Shown: positions 49,267 through 59,217, counted from the stretch's first letter. The stretch is 64,000 nt of DNA from Candidatus Geocrenenecus huangii (GCA_023254095.1 JALNLM010000003.1:32001-96000), one strand, 5' to 3'. Notes: a model not told the origin generated them from the letters alone. A program made the numbers and translations.

Positions 49267-50679
49267 CTAATCTAGATGGAATCTACCAATCATATCGATT
49301 CTCTCAAATCCGTGATATCCGAATCTTTCTCTAAGAGCCTGGATAAGGTTTGCAGGTAGTCTCTCACGTTTTAGGGCTATCAGGTAATTTAGAGACGAGT
49401 CGAAGATAGGTGTAGGAATATTCGTAAATTTTAACTTAGAAAGAAGTAGTCTAAGAGAACCTTCTAGACCAGTAACCTCTTTGAATAGCTCGTCATCCAT
49501 TAGAATATTCTCTATTCCCGGATTTCTCTCAACTACTTCTATAAGCTTGTTTAGTAGTGCAGAACGTATTATGCATCCACCCCTCCATATCTTCAACAAT
49601 TTCACTATGTCGATATTATATGAATACTCGTCTGAAGCCTTCTTGATAAGATGTAGACCCTGAGTATACGATAGAATCATAGCCAGATGAAACGAGTTCT
49701 TTAAATGTTCGAGGAAGAGCTCCGTTGACCCTAAATTACTCTTATTCTTATTTGAGGATTCACAGAGTTTCCTCGACAACGATGTACGTAAGTCCTTATA
49801 CGTAGATATTACTCTAGAAGTAACGGCTGCATCAATACATGGTGTTGGAACAACTATATCTAAGGCTGTCTGGGTAGTCCATTTACCTGTTCCTTTCTGT
49901 TCAGCTTTATCATATATTAGTTCTACAATTGGTAAATTTGTTACTTCATCTACCCTCTGTAGCACATCTACAGTTATCTCAAGAAGATATGAATTCAAAT
50001 CATGCTTAAGCCATTCTCTAAACATGTCCCTGATATGTGGGATCTCCAACATCATAACATTCCTCATAATATCATATGTTTCTGCAATAGATTCCATGAT
50101 AGCGTATTCAATACCGTTATGAACCATTTTTACGAAGTGCCCTGCTCCTCTAGATCCAACGTATCCTGCGCAGGGCTCACTATCTACTTTTGCGGAGATA
50201 CTCCTCCAAAATTCTCTCATAACAGAGTATCCATACTCTTCTCCGCCCACCATGATTGATGGACCCTTCAATGCTCCTTCTTTTCCGCCGCTTATCCCAA
50301 CCCCCATCAATACAATATTCTTCTTCTTTAACTCATCCTGTCTCCTCTCCGTATCTTTATAGAAAGAATTACCACAATCACAAACAATATCTCCCTCATC
50401 CAAGTATTTTGAGAGGGAGACGAGTATCTGGTCGACTGGCTGGCCTGCTGGAACTAGTAAGATTATCTTTCTAGGTTTCTCAAGAGAGTTGACGAATTCT
50501 TCAATAGTATATGTAGGCTTAATCTCAAACATGTTTGATGCTTTTTCATAAAGTTTCTTTGTCTTCTCCACTACTTTATCATATATAGACACGGTGAATC
50601 CCTTTGAAACAGTATTTAACGTAAGGTTTCCACCCATAACTCCAAGCCCAATTATACCAAGATAGCTTAATGTATGCAC
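49267..50679 (-). CDS. gnd: 6-phosphogluconate dehydrogenase, decarboxylating (long GndA type)
   Basis: GLGVMG, LVPAG, DCGNS, GISGG..GA..GPSIMVGG, GHFVKMVHNGIEY, QKGTGKW, WRGGCIIRS. Confidence 0.94.
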   Translation of the reverse strand: MHTLSYLGIIGLGVMGGNLTLNTVSKGFTVSIYDKVVEKTKKLYEKASNMFEIKPTYTIEEFVNSLEKPRKIILLVPAGQPVDQILVSLSKYLDEGDIVCDCGNSFYKDTERRQDELKKKNIVLMGVGISGGKEGALKGPSIMVGGEEYGYSVMREFWRSISAKVDSEPCAGYVGSRGAGHFVKMVHNGIEYAIMESIAETYDIMRNVMMLEIPHIRDMFREWLKHDLNSYLLEITVDVLQRVDEVTNLPIVELIYDKAEQKGTGKWTTQTALDIVVPTPCIDAAVTSRVISTYKDLRTSLSRKLCESSNKNKSNLGSTELFLEHLKNSFHLAMILSYTQGLHLIKKASDEYSYNIDIVKLLKIWRGGCIIRSALLNKLIEVVERNPGIENILMDDELFKEVTGLEGSLRLLLSKLKFTNIPTPIFDSSLNYLIALKRERLPANLIQALRERFGYHGFERIDMIGRFHLD

Positions 50680-50834
50680 AGACTATAGAGCCTAGCCTTT
50701 AATATTAAATCTTACAGAATATTAGGGGTAACATGAACATATTGAGGTGCCGATCTTCATAACATTACCGCATTATTCTTTGCTTAGAAATGTATAAATA
50801 AGGTTTTCCAGACATCATAGGTAGGAGCATCTAG

Positions 50835-51662
50835 ATGGCTGAAGATTCCGAAGAACTCTATCTTTCGTTCCTGTTCCTAGCCTTCATAATACTCGTCTTT
50901 ACCTCTTCAGCTAATGCTGTTACTATGGGTGAGTTGATCCTGCGTATATATGAAGATGGAGTAGTCGCCATAGAGGATAGAATCTTACCTGAAGTTGATT
51001 ATGGGAATGTTACGGTTAAGCTTCTTACAAACAGAGTAGAGAACATCTTAGTAGTAGGTGGAGAAGGGAGACTAGTCAGCTATCAACTTAACGGAGACCT
51101 AGTAACATTGTATGGGGAAATACCAAACCAAGTCGTAATCCATTACGAGACCTCGGCTTTAACTATAAAGAATGGATCATTATGGACGTTGGAAATATAT
51201 CTACATAGGGATGCAGAAGTAGTGATGCCAAGTAGAAGTGTCATCATATCTCTAAGCGATGTCCCTAAAATGATCGTGGGGGAAGCAAATTCTCTAAAAC
51301 TATTATTAAGCCCAGGATTTTGGAAGATCGAGTACGTGATACAGTTTACGCCTCATAACACTATACAGGAAGCACAAGACAGTTCTTACATAATTATTTT
51401 TTCAAGCATTATTGGAGGACCTATTGCGATAGTTTCAGCTATGCTCTACATTAGGAGGAAAAAGAATTCAAGCATGGTTCTTGATGATGAGAAGAAGGTC
51501 TTCGAATTGATTAAAAAGAGGAGGAGGGTTACGGAAGCGGAGATTAGAGCTTTAACACGTCTGCCTAAGACGACGGTTTGGAGAATTGTTAGAAGACTTG
51601 AAAGAAAGGGATTAGTAAGAGTTATCAAAGTTAATAATAGGAATGAAGTGGAGCTTGCTTAG
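50835..51662 (+). CDS. Membrane-spanning transcription regulator: signal peptide, extracellular beta domain, TM helix, C-terminal winged HTH (COG2512-like)
   Basis: Signal ending in SSANA, beta-rich ectodomain, TM helix followed by RRKK, then EAEIRALTRLPKTTVWRIVRRLERKGLVRV...N.VEL. Confidence 0.82.
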   Translation: MAEDSEELYLSFLFLAFIILVFTSSANAVTMGELILRIYEDGVVAIEDRILPEVDYGNVTVKLLTNRVENILVVGGEGRLVSYQLNGDLVTLYGEIPNQVVIHYETSALTIKNGSLWTLEIYLHRDAEVVMPSRSVIISLSDVPKMIVGEANSLKLLLSPGFWKIEYVIQFTPHNTIQEAQDSSYIIIFSSIIGGPIAIVSAMLYIRRKKNSSMVLDDEKKVFELIKKRRRVTEAEIRALTRLPKTTVWRIVRRLERKGLVRVIKVNNRNEVELA

Positions 51663-51698
51663 CTCGAAGACACAGAATATTCATTTCATTCAGCATTG

Positions 51699-52388
51699 TC
51701 ATGCAGGGATTTTACAAGTTTCAGGGCTACTCATAGTCTTTAAGGACCTTAATGTTTCATTGATTACTCTAAATGCTTCATTCAGCTTTCTACCAGCTTC
51801 AATATAAGAGCTTTCATCAATTAGCTCTCTTGCTTCATCGATCAACTGCCTCAATTTTGTAGTAGAGTTCGATAAGAGTCCTCTAACTTCTTCATCGCTA
51901 GTCTTCTCATATAGATTTGTAAAGATGTTTAACCAGTGCTTGGCTCTCTCCAACTTACCCAAGAGCATATTCCTCAACATCAATTCTTCATGGTACGTCT
52001 CGTTACCGCCTAAAGGTGGAGGGGGCATAGATTTACGGAATAGAAACATAAGTTCTCTAAGCTTCCTCCAAGCCGAGAAACGGTCGCCTCTCTCCATAAA
52101 TCCGTAGGCTTCTTTGAGCAGGTCTTTAGCTTTCTCGATCTCGGCTTTGCTGAGGTATGGGGGACTACCAATTGGAGGCTGTTCTGCTTCTCTAATCTCT
52201 TTCTCCATTAAGTCTAGAAGCATTTTCAGATCATCCATCTCCTTTACTCTGAGATTTATGAAATAATTGTATGCTAGGATTATGGAGAGAGCTGACAATA
52301 CAACTACTATGCAGATGAAAGTGATCCACTTACTTCTCCCGGTGAACAGCTTGTTTACTGCTTTCACTAGTTTACTCTTGTTACTCAT
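51699..52388 (-). CDS. Membrane-anchored all-helical hypothetical protein, last gene of the ABC operon
   Basis: One N-terminal TM helix, two similar helical units (A..L..EA......G/S....A..KL), Pro-rich linkers; overlaps the permease stop. Confidence 0.7.
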   Translation of the reverse strand: MSNKSKLVKAVNKLFTGRSKWITFICIVVVLSALSIILAYNYFINLRVKEMDDLKMLLDLMEKEIREAEQPPIGSPPYLSKAEIEKAKDLLKEAYGFMERGDRFSAWRKLRELMFLFRKSMPPPPLGGNETYHEELMLRNMLLGKLERAKHWLNIFTNLYEKTSDEEVRGLLSNSTTKLRQLIDEARELIDESSYIEAGRKLNEAFRVINETLRSLKTMSSPETCKIPA

Positions 52389-53637
52389 ACCTGAGCGCCT
52401 CCAATGGGGTATACTTGGCAGCTCTCCACGCTGGAATTATCCCTGCTAATAATCCTATTAGTACGGCCATCACTAATGCTGTTATTAATACTTCAGGAGT
52501 TATCTTGGGAGCTATCTGGAGTGTTAACATCGTCTGGCCCCCTCCACCTCCTGCACCAGGCATTCTCAAGTTACCGAATGGTGCAAAGAAGAAGTATCCT
52601 CCCACAGATCCCGCTATTATTCCTATTACTCCTCCCATAAATCCTATTAATATCGCTTCAGTTAGGAATATCCCAAGTATATGTCTTGTCTTGAAACCAA
52701 TTGCTTTAAGTATACCTATCTCCCTAATCCTCTCTGTAACTGATGTAAACATCGTCGTCATTATCGCCAGGAAGGCGACAACGAATGACATGAAGGCCAT
52801 GGAACCTAGAAACATTGAGAATTGACCTATCGTCTGCTGGATCGTCTGCACCATTTGCTGAGGTGAGAACGTTCTAACACCGTCTCCTAGAACATTTGTT
52901 ATCCCTCTCTGAACATCCTCTACATACTCAGCGTCTCTAGCGATCACTAATACCTGATTGTATGTTGACGTGCTTGCCAGCTTACTTCCAGCTTTCAGAG
53001 GAATAAATATAGTTGTATCAGGATTATAAAAAAGACCTTGACCATACTGTTTAAGCACTCCTATCACCTTCACTGTAATCATTCGCGTTTCACCTCTACC
53101 CGTAGTCGCCTCTATAGTTATTAAGTCGCTGATATTCACTTCCGGTAGGTCGCTTTGATCAGGTTTTGCAACCTTTGAACCTATCACTGCGATGTATCTT
53201 CCAGAACCCGAAATCTCTCCTTCTTGGATTTCTAATCCTTGAAAAATCTTTTCAAGAAGATCTAAGTCAACTGCAACGATTCTGTATGTTTCCTCACTTC
53301 CTGGAGTTAATTCTATTGTTTTACCTTTGATCTTCACTGTGGCTGCAGGTATGGTATATACTGGGGCTACTGCGTCTACATCTTCGATTTTAGATATTTT
53401 CTGTATTGTCTTGTCTGTAAACTCAACCCCGCTTCTCGGCATGGACGTCAACATGATCACGTTTGCACCTAAAGATTGTAGTCTACTTGTTAAAGCTTCT
53501 CCAAATCCTTGAGTTGAGGCAATTGCTGCAACGTAGAGGGCTGGGCCAATAACCATTCCAAGTATAGTTAAACTCGTTCTGAGTTTTCTAGATTTGAGAG
53601 CTGCAAAAGCCAGGTATAACATGTCAGGGAGCTTCAC
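52381..53637 (-). CDS. MacB/FtsX-family ABC permease
   Basis: KLRTSLTILG, large extracytoplasmic domain, SVTERIREIGILKAIG, PAWRAAK..PLEALRYE. Confidence 0.94.
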   Translation of the reverse strand: MKLPDMLYLAFAALKSRKLRTSLTILGMVIGPALYVAAIASTQGFGEALTSRLQSLGANVIMLTSMPRSGVEFTDKTIQKISKIEDVDAVAPVYTIPAATVKIKGKTIELTPGSEETYRIVAVDLDLLEKIFQGLEIQEGEISGSGRYIAVIGSKVAKPDQSDLPEVNISDLITIEATTGRGETRMITVKVIGVLKQYGQGLFYNPDTTIFIPLKAGSKLASTSTYNQVLVIARDAEYVEDVQRGITNVLGDGVRTFSPQQMVQTIQQTIGQFSMFLGSMAFMSFVVAFLAIMTTMFTSVTERIREIGILKAIGFKTRHILGIFLTEAILIGFMGGVIGIIAGSVGGYFFFAPFGNLRMPGAGGGGGQTMLTLQIAPKITPEVLITALVMAVLIGLLAGIIPAWRAAKYTPLEALRYE

Positions 53638-55657
53638 GTTTTTTACGCCTCCTCAGCAAGATCATTACCGATACCCCGACGACAGCCGCTACCACTATTG
53701 AAATCAGGATAGGGTTCTGTAAAATCATATACGGTTGCCACCCACCTTGGATTGTTGTCTGGCGTTGTACTGTTCCTGTGGCAAATGAGCGTGTAGCAGT
53801 AGGAAGAATACTTCTCGAAGTTACTTCTATCTCTATTGTCTTTGAATATTCTGTAACCTCGCCGAAGACGTCGCTACATGAAATTGTGAGGTCTGCAGTG
53901 TATTTCCCAGGTCTTGCATTCTCCGCTACATCTACCGATACTGAGAATGACGCTTTTGAGAGACTAGATATATCGCCTATGTAGTATACAGAGTCTATCG
54001 TCTCGATTAAGGGTGGAGATGCTCTTACCCTTACTTCACATAGTTTGCCGGTTGATAATCCTCTGTTGTATATATCTCCAGAGATATCCAACGATTCGCC
54101 AGCGGCCACTGAGGTAGAAGAGAGAACAACTCCGCTGAACCCGAATCTTAAGTCAGGCTTTATTATTATCGGAACCATTACTTCATCTGTCTTCAGTTCT
54201 CCAGAGGGGTTGCGATAAGTTATTGAAAGTTTGCCGTATGAGGTGCCTGTTGAGGCTGATGGAGAAACTCTTACTGGAATCTCTAATTCTATAAAGCTTT
54301 TTGCAGGTATCTGCTCAAAATAGAATATGCCGTTGCTTGCTAATGCTAATGGAAGACTCTCGAAACTTGTCTTTATGATGATGTCCCTAATCGGCGAATC
54401 ATATGGATTCTCTATAACGATAGATAGATCATGGCTTTTGCCTATGATTACTTCAGGGTTTTTTATGTAGCCGGAGAGACTAACAGTGGGCGGAGACCTT
54501 ACTTCGACTTTTATCGTCTTGGATAGTGTCTGGGTAACACCATCTGAGGAAATGTATTCAGCTTGTATTGTAATAGGATAAAAGCCTTCAGATAATGCTC
54601 CTGGAGCACGCACGAGAAAACTAAAACTCAATTCCTTACCGGGATCAACTTTAGTAATTTTAATTCCGTTATCTAATATTATTAGGTCATTAGAGGAGAG
54701 GGAGACTTTAACCGAGTATATTGGGCTACTTCCAGTATTCATTATCTTGATACCTATATTTGAAGTAGAACCAGTAGTGAAGATTGGAGATTGCGTGGAG
54801 ATATCTAAATCACTGCTACCTGCTATCGTTACCGGGATGAAGATTTCTTGGTTTTGTATACTTAACCATCTATCGTAATAGTTTAAGACAAGCTTTAAGT
54901 TGTAAGTCCCGAGAGGGATGTCCGACTTTATGTTTAATGGGAATTTCAATGTAAAATACTGGCTCTCACTTGACTGCCCTGCATAACTAGCCTTGACTAA
55001 GTCTCCTCCTGTGAGATTAGTAAAGTGATCATTAAGATGTAGGGTTGCAGCAATGTTAGAGACCTCGTAGTATTTTGGGACAGTAAATGTTACCGAAAGA
55101 ATCTTATTGAAGTCACCAGGCCCCGCAGAAGTTTGAAGACCTTCACCATTAAGCCAGCTTATATCAATTATTCTAAATTCTGGCAGTGGCCACACATAGA
55201 TATCTATCTTTTTCAATGCCATTATCAGAGGATATTCTGGGTCACTACAATCGTAATAGAAGAAGTAAAGGTAGGCTTCGTATTTTCCGGGTTTAGCACT
55301 ACTATCAATTATCACGTCAAAGATAAGTTGTGCTTTATCTCCGAATCCTATCTGCTGATCAGTATATGTTGTTATGTTTCCAGGCTTAACGCCCTTGAAT
55401 GGGAATGGCCTAAAAGGATCTATTGGCCATAGGATGACTTTCAGACCACAAATAGTCTCGTCTTCAATTAAGCTTCTGAAATCAATTACTAGGTTTGCTC
55501 TATCACCAGGCATAGCCGCCATTTCTTTTCCTGACTCACCCCAATAAGCATCTATTATCTCTATCGTCCCTGTCTCGGCGTAAGCATATGGGAGCACAGT
55601 GTTCAGCAGAATAATACACGCTAATAGGAGATAGACTGCAACAGTTTTAGACTTCAT
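53624..55657 (-). CDS. COG1361-like (S-layer-domain, Ig-repeat) surface protein with C-terminal TM anchor
   Basis: Signal peptide, repeated PG.Y...L...Y.D beta-sandwich units, Thr-rich spacer, TM helix and RRRKKR. Confidence 0.82.
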   Translation of the reverse strand: MKSKTVAVYLLLACIILLNTVLPYAYAETGTIEIIDAYWGESGKEMAAMPGDRANLVIDFRSLIEDETICGLKVILWPIDPFRPFPFKGVKPGNITTYTDQQIGFGDKAQLIFDVIIDSSAKPGKYEAYLYFFYYDCSDPEYPLIMALKKIDIYVWPLPEFRIIDISWLNGEGLQTSAGPGDFNKILSVTFTVPKYYEVSNIAATLHLNDHFTNLTGGDLVKASYAGQSSESQYFTLKFPLNIKSDIPLGTYNLKLVLNYYDRWLSIQNQEIFIPVTIAGSSDLDISTQSPIFTTGSTSNIGIKIMNTGSSPIYSVKVSLSSNDLIILDNGIKITKVDPGKELSFSFLVRAPGALSEGFYPITIQAEYISSDGVTQTLSKTIKVEVRSPPTVSLSGYIKNPEVIIGKSHDLSIVIENPYDSPIRDIIIKTSFESLPLALASNGIFYFEQIPAKSFIELEIPVRVSPSASTGTSYGKLSITYRNPSGELKTDEVMVPIIIKPDLRFGFSGVVLSSTSVAAGESLDISGDIYNRGLSTGKLCEVRVRASPPLIETIDSVYYIGDISSLSKASFSVSVDVAENARPGKYTADLTISCSDVFGEVTEYSKTIEIEVTSRSILPTATRSFATGTVQRQTTIQGGWQPYMILQNPILISIVVAAVVGVSVMILLRRRKKREAP

Positions 55658-56403
55658 GATTTCACCTCTTCCTTCTCGATTAAACCATCCCTAATGTAGA
55701 GTATTCTTTTTGCATATGATGCGATTTCAAGGTTATGTGTAACCATAACGATTGTTCTACCTTTCTCGTTAAGCCTCCTAAATAGTTCAGCGATCATTAC
55801 ACTGTTCTTTGAGTCTAGGTTTCCAGTAGGCTCATCTGCGAGAAGTATCTCGGGATTATTTATGAGAGCCCTAGCTATTGCGACCCTCTGCTGTTCTCCA
55901 CCGCTTAATCTTGTAGGCCTAGTATAAGCTTTATCTTTTAACCCAACTTCTTCAAGCAGCTTCAAGATTCTTTCTCTCCGTTCCTGAGAAGATACATCTT
56001 TTACGATTAGAGGTAGCTCAACATTCTTAAGGACTGGCAGGTATGGTACCAGGTTGTAGAATTGAAAAACGAAACCTATTTTTTCATTTCTAAGTTCAGC
56101 TAACTTATCATCCGAGAGCTTGTTGATGTCTACTCCTCCGATTAAGATTCTTCCGCTCGTCGGCCTATCTAATCCACCTATAAGATGCAGGAGAGTTGAT
56201 TTACCGCTTCCTGAAGGGCCGACTATGGCTATGAACTCTCCTCTTAAGATTTTAAGTGAGACACCTCTTAAAGCTTCTGTGGGAATACCATCTGATAAGT
56301 AGACTTTCTTAACATCAATTAATTCGATGACAACACTATCCATACCGATAGAGCCTTGCCCATATTCTTTAACAGAGCCAATTGCGGTCATCCCTGAACT
56401 CAT
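55654..56403 (-). CDS. ABC ATP-binding protein (LolD/SalX type)
   Basis: GPSGSGKST, IGFVFQFYNL, LSGGEQQRVAIARAL, ADEPTGNLD, VTH. Confidence 0.95.
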   Translation of the reverse strand: MSSGMTAIGSVKEYGQGSIGMDSVVIELIDVKKVYLSDGIPTEALRGVSLKILRGEFIAIVGPSGSGKSTLLHLIGGLDRPTSGRILIGGVDINKLSDDKLAELRNEKIGFVFQFYNLVPYLPVLKNVELPLIVKDVSSQERRERILKLLEEVGLKDKAYTRPTRLSGGEQQRVAIARALINNPEILLADEPTGNLDSKNSVMIAELFRRLNEKGRTIVMVTHNLEIASYAKRILYIRDGLIEKEEVKS

Positions 56404-56427
56404 GCATCATATATTGAGGGTGGATGC

Positions 56428-56460
56428 TATAAGGAACTTGATGAAACGTCGATGAAACGT
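56428..56460 (-). promoter_or_regulatory. ABC operon promoter: TATA element with upstream perfect direct repeat
   Basis: TATAAGGAA (56428-56436), then GATGAAACGT at 56440-56449 and 56451-56460. TATA lies about 25 nt from the ATG at 56403. Confidence 0.62.
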
Positions 56461-56789
56461 TCAAAGATAAGACGTGGAGTAGTATATAGAACAGCTTATT
56501 TCGTCTGATTATAAGTCAAGGTATACGGGTCTTGATCGACTTCTGATTCATTACTTCGTCTTCTTTACAAGCATTTGAAGTAGAAGCTATATCGGAAGAT
56601 GAATAATAATGGGAACTGATATACGGCTATGCTAAATTTCCAGGATAACTATATAATCGTATTTAAGTATGGATGCAGACTAGCATCCCAGATAATGTAG
56701 AATTACCTAACCTTCAGAAGTATTCCCCTCAATTCTATAAAAAATTATAGTATATATGAGAGTGCATGGAAATCTTAGCGTGATGTAGT

Positions 56790-57800
56790 ATGGAGAATGT
56801 CAGGTTTGCTGTGTATGGGGTTGGACCAATCGGTTCCCTCGTCGCTAGATACGGGTTAGAGAGAAAATGGATGGAGCTTGTCGCAGCATTCGATATAGAC
56901 CCAGTGAAGATTGGGAGAGATATTGGAGAACTTGTAGGTTTAGATGAAAGGATCGGGGTAGTTGTTCAGAAACCAAGTCTAGATATTTTAAGGTCAGTTA
57001 GGCCCGATGTTGTTCTCCATGCTACTGGAAGCTTTCTAGACAGGATCTACGAACAAATTCTAGAATCGGTGAAAGCAGGCTCAGACGTAATCTCCACATG
57101 CGAAACACTCTCCTACCCATACTATAGATATTCTGAGCTGGCAAACATACTCGACTTAGAAGCTAAGAAGAATAACTCGACAATACTTGGTGTTGGTGTA
57201 AACCCTGGGTTTCTGCTAGACCTTCTCCCAGCCATACTTACTACGCCATGTTTAAGAGTTGAAAAAGTCATAGCTAGAAGAATTATAGATGCTTCAAAAA
57301 GGAGAGAATCTTTCAGGAGGAAGATAGGACTTGGACTTGACAAAAAAATATTTGATGAGAAGATTAAGAATGGGGAGATTACAGCACATGTAGGATACGC
57401 TGAATCTATATGTTTGATAGCGGATGCGTTAGGGTTGAAACTAGACTTCATTGAGGAACGTCAAGAAGCGGTCATAGCAGAAAGAGAAGTGATGGTAGGC
57501 GGCATCAAGATAGATGCTGGAAGAGTTCGAGGTGTCAGGGGATATGGCGCAGGCATAAAGAATGATAAAGAGATATTGAAGATAGAGTTTACTGCGGCTG
57601 TAGGTGTAGAAGAAGAATTCGAAGAGATAATTATTGAAGGTGTTCCGAGAATTGTTTGGAGAAGCGTTGGCGGAACACCTGGAGACCTAGCTACCGCAGC
57701 CGTAGTCTTAAACTATGTTCCGATAGTTCTGAAGGCCGAGCCAGGCGTCGCAACCGTTAATAAGCTTAGACCTCCATCCTATTCTATGGTCGGAGTATAG
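56790..57800 (+). CDS. NAD(P)-dependent amine dehydrogenase family protein (2,4-diaminopentanoate dehydrogenase/DapB-like)
   Basis: YGVGPIG, GRDIGEL, HATGS, VISTCE.LSYP, GVGVNPGF, HVG..ES, PGDLATAA. Confidence 0.8.
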   Translation: MENVRFAVYGVGPIGSLVARYGLERKWMELVAAFDIDPVKIGRDIGELVGLDERIGVVVQKPSLDILRSVRPDVVLHATGSFLDRIYEQILESVKAGSDVISTCETLSYPYYRYSELANILDLEAKKNNSTILGVGVNPGFLLDLLPAILTTPCLRVEKVIARRIIDASKRRESFRRKIGLGLDKKIFDEKIKNGEITAHVGYAESICLIADALGLKLDFIEERQEAVIAEREVMVGGIKIDAGRVRGVRGYGAGIKNDKEILKIEFTAAVGVEEEFEEIIIEGVPRIVWRSVGGTPGDLATAAVVLNYVPIVLKAEPGVATVNKLRPPSYSMVGV

Positions 57801-57803
57801 ACT

Positions 57804-59066
57804 CTATGGCCAGATTCCACGAGAATTAATTGCATCGGCTACTCTCTCTACTGCTAGCACCATTGCAGCCTTCCTAAATGGGATTCTGTATTTCTCTACA
57901 TGGTTTAAGACGTCGTTGAATGCTTTCACAATTTTATCTTCAAGCTTCTTTAATACTTCTTCTTTAGTCCATCGGAACATTTGGAGATTTTGAACCCATT
58001 CTAGGTAGCTTACCGTTACCCCACCTGCATTAGCAAGGATATCTGGTATGACCTTGACCTTCTTTTCTTCTAGGATTCTGTCAGCCTCCGGCGTTGTTGG
58101 ACCATTTGCACCTTCAACGATTACCTTTGCTTTGATATTGTTTGCATTGCCTTTATGTATCTGACCTTCTAGAGCTGCTGGAATCAGGAAGTCACATTCA
58201 ATCTCTAATAATTCCTCATTCGTCAGATTCTTTGCATCAGCAAAGTTTACTACGCTTCCAGTCTTCTTCTTATGCTCCATAACCTTGTAGGGATTTAAGC
58301 CATCCTTAAGTAGTATCCCTCCTTTAGAATCGCTTACAGCTATTATTCGTGCTCCCCAGTCATGGAGTATCTCAGCAGCATATGATCCTACATTCCCATA
58401 TCCTTGTATAACTATCTTAGCATTCTTTAACGGTATGTCAAACTTCTTCGCAGACTCTCTAACACATACTGCAACACCATATGAAGTTGCCTCGGCCCTG
58501 CCTTCCGACCCGCCCAGGCTGACGGGTTTACCTGTAACTACAGCAGGTGTCGGCTCTCCCTTCAGCTGACTGTATGTATCCATTATCCAGGCCATCGTCT
58601 GAGCGTCAGTATAGACATCGGGCGCAGGTATATCCGTCAACGGTCCAATAATGCTGCTAATCATAGCGGTGTATCTTCTGGTTAATCTTTCCAACTCACT
58701 ATTTGACATCTCTTTAGGATTGCATCTAACCCCGCCTTTCGCCCCACCATAAGGTAGGTCTACTACAGCGGTCTTCCAAGTCATAAGCATAGCTAAAGCA
58801 GTAACCTCTTCAACTGTAACTGAGGGATGATATCTTATGCCGCCTTTATATGGTCCACGCGCACTACTATGCTGTACTCTTACACCCATAAACGTCCTGA
58901 TCGATCCATCATCCATCTTAACTGGGATTGAAACGATTAAAGTTCTCTTAGGAATCTTCAGGAACTCTCTCAACCCTTCATCGAGCTTCAAAATATCTGC
59001 AGCTTCTTCAAACTGCTTAATTGCTGATTCGAGAAATTCTTTACCACTTACAGAACTTGCCGACAA
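57804..59066 (-). CDS. gdhA: Glutamate dehydrogenase
   Basis: GPYKGGIRYHP, MTWK, GGAKGG, DIPAPDV, GYGNVG, EGANGP, NAGGVTVSY. Confidence 0.96.
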   Translation of the reverse strand: MSASSVSGKEFLESAIKQFEEAADILKLDEGLREFLKIPKRTLIVSIPVKMDDGSIRTFMGVRVQHSSARGPYKGGIRYHPSVTVEEVTALAMLMTWKTAVVDLPYGGAKGGVRCNPKEMSNSELERLTRRYTAMISSIIGPLTDIPAPDVYTDAQTMAWIMDTYSQLKGEPTPAVVTGKPVSLGGSEGRAEATSYGVAVCVRESAKKFDIPLKNAKIVIQGYGNVGSYAAEILHDWGARIIAVSDSKGGILLKDGLNPYKVMEHKKKTGSVVNFADAKNLTNEELLEIECDFLIPAALEGQIHKGNANNIKAKVIVEGANGPTTPEADRILEEKKVKVIPDILANAGGVTVSYLEWVQNLQMFRWTKEEVLKKLEDKIVKAFNDVLNHVEKYRIPFRKAAMVLAVERVADAINSRGIWP

Positions 59067-59217
59067 TATGCTCTCACATATTCTAGAATACCTGGCCTAT
59101 ATTTAACTAATCTTTCCGATAAACATCAGATAAGGTTTATTATTTGGTCTTAAGAGGAGATCTACATTGTTAAATCTTCTCGGAAAACTATTTACAGCTT
59201 AATCCTAAGAATCATTG

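Noticed and set aside
56439-56508. TGATGA...CTGA read as a C/D-box sRNA
   Set aside because: No internal D'/C' boxes; better explained as the promoter direct repeat shared with htrA.
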